Part shown: piece by piece, positions 55,391-64,000 of the stretch
How the letters are laid out: every line of letters begins with the position of its first letter
Numbering within the stretch: position 1 is the first letter of the stretch
Assembly (NCBI RefSeq): GCF_009914755.1
Contig: NC_060930.1
Source: the human T2T-CHM13v2.0 reference genome, Homo sapiens
Length of the DNA: 64,000 nt
Direction: 5' to 3' (one strand)
The notes under the pieces: generated by a model
Seen by the model: the letters and a program-made list of their open reading frames with translations, nothing else
Database searches by the model: none
Told to the model about the DNA's origin: nothing
Made by a program: the position numbers and the translations under genes

Positions 55391-56608
55391 AAACTGAGGA
55401 AAATAAATTAATTTGTAAACCCAATGAGACCAAAACTGAGCTGTGTGCTTTTCTATATTCCAGTTCAGCCATCAGCTTCTTATGTGACAATCTAAATGAC
55501 TAATGATAATTTATTATTGAGGGGAAAAAAGGAAATCATCAATAATGGAGCATTCATAAATGTAGACTAAATGTTCATTATCCTTTGAACAAAAACAGAA
55601 GTTGGGGCAAAACCTTCAACAACAAAAAATTTCCAGATGCCCTTAAAATATTTTTCTATTTCTTTCCTATTAAAAAACAGTATTTACAAGAACAATGTAA
55701 ATGTACCTATAAATCCCACATCCAAAACAACCACAATCACATATTTTATTAGCATTTATGTGTTGATTATTATCTCACAGAAAAGAATTATATATAGTTC
55801 TGCAACTCACCATACTTTAAGCTATCAATTAAATACCTAATTTTGAATATTTATGCTCTTTCTACTTTTCCTATTACAATAAATGTAGAACACCAACAGG
55901 CTAATATATGAAATGGGAATTAAAAGACAAAACCTTTAAACCATCTTCTTGCATTCTTAAAATAAGAAAAATAATTTCAAGATTTATAATCTGTAGCAAA
56001 ACTACCTCATAGCATATCACATCAAAATTACTGGTACAAAAATGAACAACAACAATTTAAAAACCCAAAAACTTTTTTAAAAAAAGGAGTAACAAGCATA
56101 TTCATTGTATCCAAACTGTTGTTTGAATTGAACTGTCATGCTAGCCAACCGGCTTTACACTAACCTCTGCTTTCCGTGAAACTGGCTTCTAATTGGAATT
56201 GCTTGTGCCAGCTCCTCCCGTCTCGGGGCTCTGGGAGAAAGTCAATCACAGGAGCTCTGCTTTCCTGCCTTTGCTCATGTTGCTCCTCAGCCCATGACAG
56301 CACCACATTTATTCTCCCATGTTTATTATCCATAAGGAGAATAGATAGATTCTCCTTATCTATTGCTAGATAAGCGCATATCTAGTATGTGCGTAACGCT
56401 TGCTAAGCATTAGACACAGATTCAGCTATAACGGAGCTTTGAATCTAAATGGGGCAAAAATAGTAAGCAACTAATTAGACCATAATTATTGAAATCAGTT
56501 ATACAAGTGCTAAAAGGAAAGGGCAATGTACAATAAGTGCATGTAGTTAGAGTATGTGATCTCCTCTGGGGGTTTGGAAAGGGTTCCCTGAGACACTAGA
56601 ATTTAAGC
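55151..56608. repeat. Inverted repeat: arms 55151-55384 and 56378-56608, ~1-kb spacer
   Basis: Arms are reverse complements by manual comparison, with about 7 substitutions plus one small indel region. Confidence 0.95.
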
Positions 56609-56623
56609 TGTGCCTGGAGCTAC

Positions 56624-56812
56624 TAGTAGTTCCCAAACTAGCAAGCATCAGAATTACCTGGGGAGCTAGCCAAAACACAGACTTCCAGGCTCCTCCACCA
56701 GAGGTTCTGATTTAGCAAGTCTGGGGTGAGACCCGACCCATGACATTTCTAACTAGTTCCCAGGTGATGTTCATGTTACTGGTCTGGGGATCACACTAGT
56801 ATCAGCGGCCTA
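56624..56812. mobile_element. MER5A hAT-Charlie MITE
   Basis: 'gcatcagaattacctggggagc...ttctgatttagcaagtctggggtgagacc...tttctaactagttcccaggtgatg'. Confidence 0.8.
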
Positions 56813-57285
56813 GTTCAACCACTCCAAGAAAACACTTTCCAGTTTTCATGCCTCTTCATGACTTCAAGTCTCACAGTCTTGTCTTTATAAATCTACACCA
56901 TCCCATTTAACACTTGCTTACACACCGGAGTCACTGCTCTCTAAAGGCTTCATATATTCTTTCACCACAAAATAAGAAGTTTCTCAAGGTCAGTAGCACA
57001 AGAAATACTACTCTGGTGACACAAATTACTCAGGATACAGCAGACAGAGAGCATGGACTCAGTATCTCAGCCCAGTCAGAATGGCTAAAACTAAACCATG
57101 TGGATTCTTCAATCTCAAGCAAATTTAATTTATTTTAAAATTCATACTTGCTTAGCAAGTACATTATACTGGATTTTTTCAAATATATAGTCACAAAATA
57201 TATTAAAATAACCTTATTCTTTGATGGTGTGTTTATCTGACTTCCCCTAAATGAAAGTGATGTTCTTGAGAGAAGCAAGTTTATA

Positions 57286-57590
57286 CAGTAATATGTCACT
57301 TAATGGTGAGATACAGTCTGAGAAACGCATTGTTGTAATTCACTGTTGTGAGAACATCATAGAGTGACTTGCACAAACCTAGATGGTATAGCCTACTTCA
57401 CCTAGGCTATAAGGTGGTATAGTCTATCTCTCCCAGGCTCCAAACCTGTACAGCATGTGACTGTACTGAATACTGTAGGTAGCTATAATACAATGGTAAG
57501 TATCTGTGTGTCTAAACACAGAAAAGGCACAGAAAAGATATGGCATTACAGTCTTATGGGACCACCTTCCTTCGTAGAGGTGGACTATAT
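57286..57590. mobile_element. Tigger3a/MER7-like TcMar MITE
   Basis: 'ctgagaaacgcattgtt...cacaaacctagatggtatagcctac...aaacctgtacagcatgtgactgtactgaatactgtagg...cttatgggaccacc'. Confidence 0.8.
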
Positions 57591-58099
57591 TTCTTGTTCT
57601 CCAATTATACATTCATAGTGGATACTCAATAAATACTTGCTCATTGGCATACTAAATGACTAGCCAGAAAATGAATAGTACTGGCACATTCCAGGTACAA
57701 CCCTCTCAAGTGGATGTTTCTAGAAATAATTATTCAACCTTAGGTCAAATAATTTAGATGACTGTTAAATCTTCAGGAAGCTTTTAAGAAGCAGATTCTT
57801 TTTAACTGGGAAATGGTTTTGCCACTTATATTTCATAGGGTTTTAATTTGTTTTTAAAAATCACTTCAGAAATCAATATAGTTTGCAACAAAGCTATATT
57901 TATTTGAATTAGTTTCATAATCTCTAACATTATTCGTGATAATATGACTTAATCTATAAAATTATCAAAATCCAAATAAATTTGGTTGGACTGCTGTGGA
58001 TCCTTGGTCAAAAGGCATAAGTGATTTCCCTAACCTGGCCAAATACTCTCAGAAAGAATATATCAGATGAGAATAGGCAATTTTATGGTGGTATGCTCA

Positions 58100-61000
58100 T
58101 AGACTAAGAAAAAAGAAAGAAGACTCAAACAAAACCAGATATGACAAAGGAGACATTTTAACAGATACCACAGAAATTTAAAGGATCATTAGAGACTGCT
58201 ATGAACAAAGATACACCAATAAGTTGGAAAGTCTAAAAGAAACAGAAAAATTCCTAGACACACATAACCTGACACGACTGTACCAGGAAGAAATAGAAAA
58301 CCTGAAGAGACTGATAACAAGTAACAAGATAGATGCAATAATAAAAAGTCTTCCATCAAAAAAAAAAAAAAAAAGTCCAGGACCTGACAGTTTCATTGAT
58401 GAATTTCCCAAAATACTTAAAGAAGAACCACCCCAATTCTATTCAAAGTATTTCAAAACACTGAGGAGGAGAAAATACTTTCAAACTCATTCTATGAGGC
58501 CAGCATTATCCTGATTCCAAAACCAGACAAAAACACAACAGCAAAAAGAAAATTACAGGCCAGTATCACTAATGAACATGATGAAAAAATCTTCAACAAA
58601 ATACTAAAAAACTAAATTCTGTAATACATTAAAAATCCATTCATCATAATTAAGCAGGATTCATATCTAAACATGTAAAGATGGTTTCAACATATGCAAA
58701 TCAATAAATATGATATATCACATTAATAGAATGAGACAGAAAGCATATGATCATTTGAATAGATGCTGAAAAAGCATTCAATAAAATTCAACATTCCTTT
58801 ATGATAAAAACGCTCAGCAAACTGGCTATAGAAGAAACATACCTCGAAACAATAAAGGCCATATACAACAAACCTATAGCTAGCATGACACTGAACAGGG
58901 AAAAACTGAAGCCTTTCCTGTAAGATCTAACAAGACAAAGATGCCTGCTTTCACAACTTATTCAATATAGTACTGGAAGTCCCAGCCAGAGCAATTACAC
59001 AAGAGAAAGAAATAAAGAGTATCTAATTGGAAAGGAAGAAGTCAAGCTGTCCTGGTTTTCAAATGACACGATCTTGTATTTCAAAAAACATAAAGACTTT
59101 AGCAAACAAACTATTTGAACTGATACACGAATTCAGTAAAGTTGCAGGATACAAAATCAACATATGATAATCTGTAGCATTTCTATATGTCGAAAGCAAA
59201 CAATCTAAAAATGAAATCGAGAAAGCAATCCCATTTACAATACCTACAAAAGAAACCCCGGGAATCTGCCTTTTAAAATATATATATATATATATGATAC
59301 ATGTGTAGTTTTGTTACACAGATACACTGCACAGTGGTGAGGTCTGGGATTTTAGTGTAGCCATCGCCTAAATACTGTAACCTGTACCCAGTAAGTAAAT
59401 TCTAATTCCTTACTCTCCTCCCAATCTTCCACCCTTCCACATATCCAAGATCTATTATTCCACTCTCTATGTCCATGTGTACATATTATTTAACTCCTAC
59501 TTATAAGTGAGAACATACAATATGTGATTTCCATTTCTGAGTTACTTCATTTAAGATAATGGTTTCTAGTTCCATCCATGTTGCTGCAAAAGACATGATT
59601 TCATTATTTTCCATGGCTGAGTAGTATTCTATGGGGTGTGTGTGTGCGCGTGTGTGTGTGTGTGTGTACACACACATTTTCTTTGTCCAATCATCTGTTG
59701 ATAAGCACTTAGATTGGTTCCATATTTTTGCTATTGTGAATAGTGCTGCAATAAACATACAAGCACAGGTATCTTTTCTATATAATGATTTATTTTCCTA
59801 GGAATAAACTTAAGCAAAGAAGTGAAAGATACCTACAATTAAAACTATAAAACATTGATGAAAAAAACTGAAAGCAAAAAAATATGGAATTATGTTCATG
59901 GATTGGAAGAATAATCATGTACTATTAAAATGTCCATACTACCCAAAGCAATCTACAGATTCAATGCAATCTCTCTCAAAATAACATTGTTCACAGAAAT
60001 AGACAAAACAACCTTAAAATTCATATAGAAACAACAAAAGACCCATAAAAGTCAAAGCAATTCTGAGCAAAAGGAACAAAGCTGGTGACATCACATTACC
60101 TGGTTTCAAATTACAATATAAACCTATAGTAACCAAAACAGCATGGTACTAGCATATAAACAGACATATAGACCAAGAGAACAGAACACAGATGGCAGAA
60201 ATAAATCCATATTTTTTAGTCAACTCATTTTTGACAAGGACGCCAAGAACATACAATGAGGAAAGGACAGTCAAGTCTTCTGGTGCTGGGAAAACTGGAT
60301 ATTCATATGCAGAAGAATGATAAAGTACACCCCTATCTCTCACCTTATACATAAATCAAAATGGATTAAATACTTAAACATAAGACCTAAAACTAAGAAG
60401 CTACCAGAAAAAAACATTGGGGAAATGCAACAGGGCATTGGTCTGGACAAAGATTTTTTTGAGTAAGACCTCAAAAGCACAGGCAACCAAAGCAAAAACT
60501 GACATGTGATCACCTCAAGCTTAAAAACTTCTGCAAGCAAACAAAGTGAAGAGACAACCTACAGAATAGGAGAAAATATCTGCTAACTATTCAACTGACA
60601 AAAAATTAATAACCTGAACAGGAATAAGGAACTCAAACAGATCAATAGTAAAAAAAAAAAAATCTGAGCAAAAAATTAGCAAAAGATCTGAATAGGTATT
60701 TCTCAAGAGGAGAAAGACATACAAATACCCAACAGGTATATGAAAAAATGCTCAATATCACTAATCATCAGGAAAATGCAAATCAAAACCACAGTGAGAT
60801 ATCATCTTACCTCAGTTAAAATGACTGTTGTCAAAAAAGACAGAAAACAACAAATGCTGGCAAAGAAAGGGGAATGCTCGTACGCTATTGGTAGGAATGT
60901 AAATTACTACAGCCATTATGGAAAACAGTATGGAGGCTCCTCAAAAAACTAAAAACAGAGCTACCATAAAATGCAGTGGTACTGCTAACTATATATCTCA

Positions 61001-61620
61001 AAGAAAGGAAATCAGCATATCAAAGATATATCTGTCCTCCCATGTTTATTGCAGCACTATTCATAGTAGCCGAAATATGTAATCAACCTAAGCACCCATT
61101 AATGGGTGAATGGATAAAGAAAATGTGATATATACAAAACGAAATATTATTCAGCCATGAAAAATACAACCCTATCATTTGCAGCAACATGGATGGAACT
61201 AGAGTCCATTAAGTGAAATAAGCCAAGCACAGAAAGACAAAAATTGCATGTTCTTACTCATATGTGAGAGGCTAGAAAAGGGATCTCACGAAGGAAGAGA
61301 GTAGATTGGTAGTTACCAGAGGCCGGGAACACCAGTGAGAAGAAATGGTTAAGAGTGGTTGGTTAACAGGTACAAAATTACAGTTATATAGAAGGAATAA
61401 GATCTAGTATTTGGTAGCACAATAGGGGGACCAATCATTAAACCTGAATAGTAGATTTGGGATATTCTCAACACAAAGAAATGATAAATGTTCGCAGTAG
61501 TGGATATCTCAATTACCCAGATTTGATTATTACATTGTATGCTTGTATCAAATATCACCTGAACCTCATAAATATGTATAATTACTAAGTATTCATAATA
61601 ATATATTCATAATTTTAAAT
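58100..61620 (+). mobile_element. 5'-truncated L1MA-type LINE-1 (ORF2 and 3'UTR)
   Basis: ORF2 fragments at 58224 and 60740; 3'UTR 'aggaataagatctagtatttggtagcacaatagg...ttgattattacattgtatgcttgtatcaaatatcac'. Confidence 0.87.
59266..59796 (-). mobile_element. Short L1 3'-end (L1PB/MA-type) inserted antisense within the L1MA
   Basis: 'cctacttataagtgagaacat...tagttccatccatgttgctgcaaaagacatgatttcatt'; approximate TSD cccgggaat / cctaggaat. Confidence 0.85.
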
Positions 61621-62703
61621 TTTAAAATATGTAAATACCAAAGATCCATCTTTATGATAATGTGAACACACAATTAACAGAAATAATAGAATATGCCAAA
61701 TAACTCTTTATAGATGAATTCGTATCAACTTTATCTCCTTTCTAGTCACCAGATGGTGGACTCATGTTTATTTATAATTCAGATCAAGACATTCAACACA
61801 TTTTCTGGTTTCCATTACCAAAAAATATAAATAAAATATATGAAAATTCTGTGTAAGAATGTAATTTCAACATTTGAGACAAAAAAATTGAAGGAAAAAG
61901 AGAAGAGTGTCCAAAATTAGGTTTCATGCAAACCATTTCAAAAACGTGTTTTTTTCTTATCATGAAAATATACTAATAGTTAATATATTATTTATTAGTA
62001 TCCCACTTACTAAACCTTCCAACACCGAATGTTTTGGCAAAGTAATTTATGCCCCATTAATTTAATATCCTTCTTCCGTATATATACTAGCACAGAAACC
62101 ATCCGTTACATATTAAACCATACAAATGCAATTTAATCTGAATTTTAGGTTATCAAATAGTAGGTTTAGGGGGCATAATTTAAATCCTACTTATTCTAAG
62201 AATAAAATATCTAACTGCTTTATTCGTATGAAAATTAAATCCCACTTCTAGAATCACTGAAAGGAGAAAAACATATACTAACTACATTATTTGAGAAAAA
62301 AGAAAACTTCAATTATTTGTTGAAAAAAATTTAAGGTATCAGGCAGCACAAATATTTTCATTACTAATTATTTGAATTTATAGGTACAATGATAGTGATA
62401 CGGTCGGCTATTGAATATTTTAGACACGATCATAGAAATAAAATTACTGCCCACAAAAGGTGGCATTCTACTTACAATTTTCAAATGATTGTGGGTTCAT
62501 CAATCACCCTCTGGAATACTAAGTAACTCGCCTTTAAGAAATTAATGTTACAATTACATTTGAGGTTTTTAAGAAATTAATCCACTTATTTTAAATATTA
62601 TTCTACTACAAAAAGATGCCAAATATAGTCATGCTACCATTCACTTCTTCATGCACCCTTTCTAATACCACCGACACTGTCAACTCACAATTTTTTACAT
62701 TAG

Positions 62704-62734
62704 GGGCCAAAAGGAGACACTGCTGATTGTCAAG
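62704..62734 (+). other. Candidate 31-nt plus-strand exon
   Basis: aactcacaattttttacattag|gggccaaaaggagacactgctgattgtcaag|gtaagt: branch-like CTCAC, T-tract and consensus donor. Confidence 0.3.
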
Positions 62735-63687
62735 GTAAGTCGTGATTCTTCCTACTTATAACTGAAATACTGGAACGGCATTAGTGGTGGGAAATTGTTT
62801 TCCATTTTAGAATATTCTTATAAGAAATGCAAAACAATGGACCTTCATTATATCCTAATGTTTATTTAATAATATATACTTTGTACAAATACAGACGTGT
62901 AAATGTTAAATCATTTAGTAATCTGAGTCTTGAAGGGTACCAGCTGGAGGAAATTTACTGTCAAATTTACTTTGCATAAAAATATAACATTTAGTGGGCA
63001 ACATATGCCTAGATAATTTTCTTTATTTTCCTACATTTTTTCAAAATGAATGTATAGTCGTTTGATGAAACCTGTTTAAAACTCTGCTTCGAAGCTATAT
63101 TTTCTTCTGAGGATGTATCGGCTTTAATGCTTCCTGAGGAAGTTTTTATATATTCCCTAAATAAGTACAACAGGTTATAAAATGAATAAATGCAATCTCT
63201 AATTTCCATATATCACTGAAAAAATGGTGGTTTGGAATTTAGGTTCAGAGATCAACTTTTAAAAAGCAATTTTCCTCTCAACTGTAGATAGAATTTTATG
63301 TATCTGAAATGAAAATGCTATGAAAGCAATAAAATTAAACTGAAAATAAGAGTTAGAAAAAAAGACTCTGGAATTTAGATCTTTGAGGAGTTGTCATGTT
63401 ATACACATTTCCCAAAACCTCCTTCTACCTGTCAAAACAAAATCTCGTCGTAATCGCGCCTCTTTCTCTGTAAGACTTTCCCTGACAGGGAAACTACCAG
63501 CTTGGACTCTGCTTAAACCCACTGCCAGACTAACTAGAAGAAAGGAATAAATTACAACTCCTTCCTTCTATTTGTAGACTGAGAACCCTTTAACAATTTA
63601 ATAATCCCAGCACCTGAACAGAACTTGACACACAGTTTGCTGAATGAATGAAAACACAAGGAACCTGTGGGAATTAAAATATGTATT

Positions 63688-63990
63688 GGCTGGGAGCAGT
63701 GCCGCATGGCTGCAAGCCCAGCGCTCCGGGAGGCTGGGGTGGGGGATCACTTGAGGTCAGGATTGGGAGACCAAGCTGGCCGACACGTTGAAACTCTGTC
63801 TCTAATAAAAAAAAAAATACAAATAGTAGCCGGGCGTGGTGGTGCGCACCTGTAATCCCAGCTACTCTGGAGGCTGAGGCAGGAGAATCACTTGAACCTT
63901 GAGGCGGAGGTTGCAGTGAGCCGAGAGCACACCACTGCACTCCAGCCTGGGCAACAGAGCAACACTTTGCTCAAAAATCAATCAATCAAT
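63688..63990 (+). mobile_element. AluS-type SINE with a heavily mutated left end and (AATC)n tail
   Basis: Right arm close to AluS consensus; tail 'aaaatcaatcaatcaat'. Confidence 0.92.
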
Positions 63991-64000
63991 TATATAATAT

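Overview
Catarrhine primate (Old World monkey/ape/human-type) genomic DNA, judged from AluY and an HERV-K(HML-2) LTR5 solo LTR. It is AT-rich and dominated by transposable elements; family names below come from recalled consensus motifs, not from a database search. Main elements: a near full-length Charlie3-type hAT DNA transposon with two Alus inside (8.4-11.7 kb), a near full-length L1PB-type LINE-1 (12.5-18.5 kb), an LTR5 solo LTR (24.3-25.3 kb), several nested old L1s, and a structurally complete but defective HERV-L provirus with MLT2A1-type LTRs (47.9-54.4 kb) inserted in an L1. No intact host protein-coding ORF is recognisable. The + strand bias of the LTR elements and a well-formed 29-nt minus-strand microexon (6383-6411) suggest intronic sequence of an unidentified minus-strand gene. 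The most unusual structures are (1) a ~230-bp near-identical inverted duplication of an ancient L2 fragment (55151-55384 / 56378-56608) with three nested fold-back palindromes at its junction, and (2) asymmetric decay of the two HERV-L LTRs, which leaves the 3' LTR configured as a possible DUX4-responsive promoter/first exon facing that inverted repeat. Functional claims are hypotheses.
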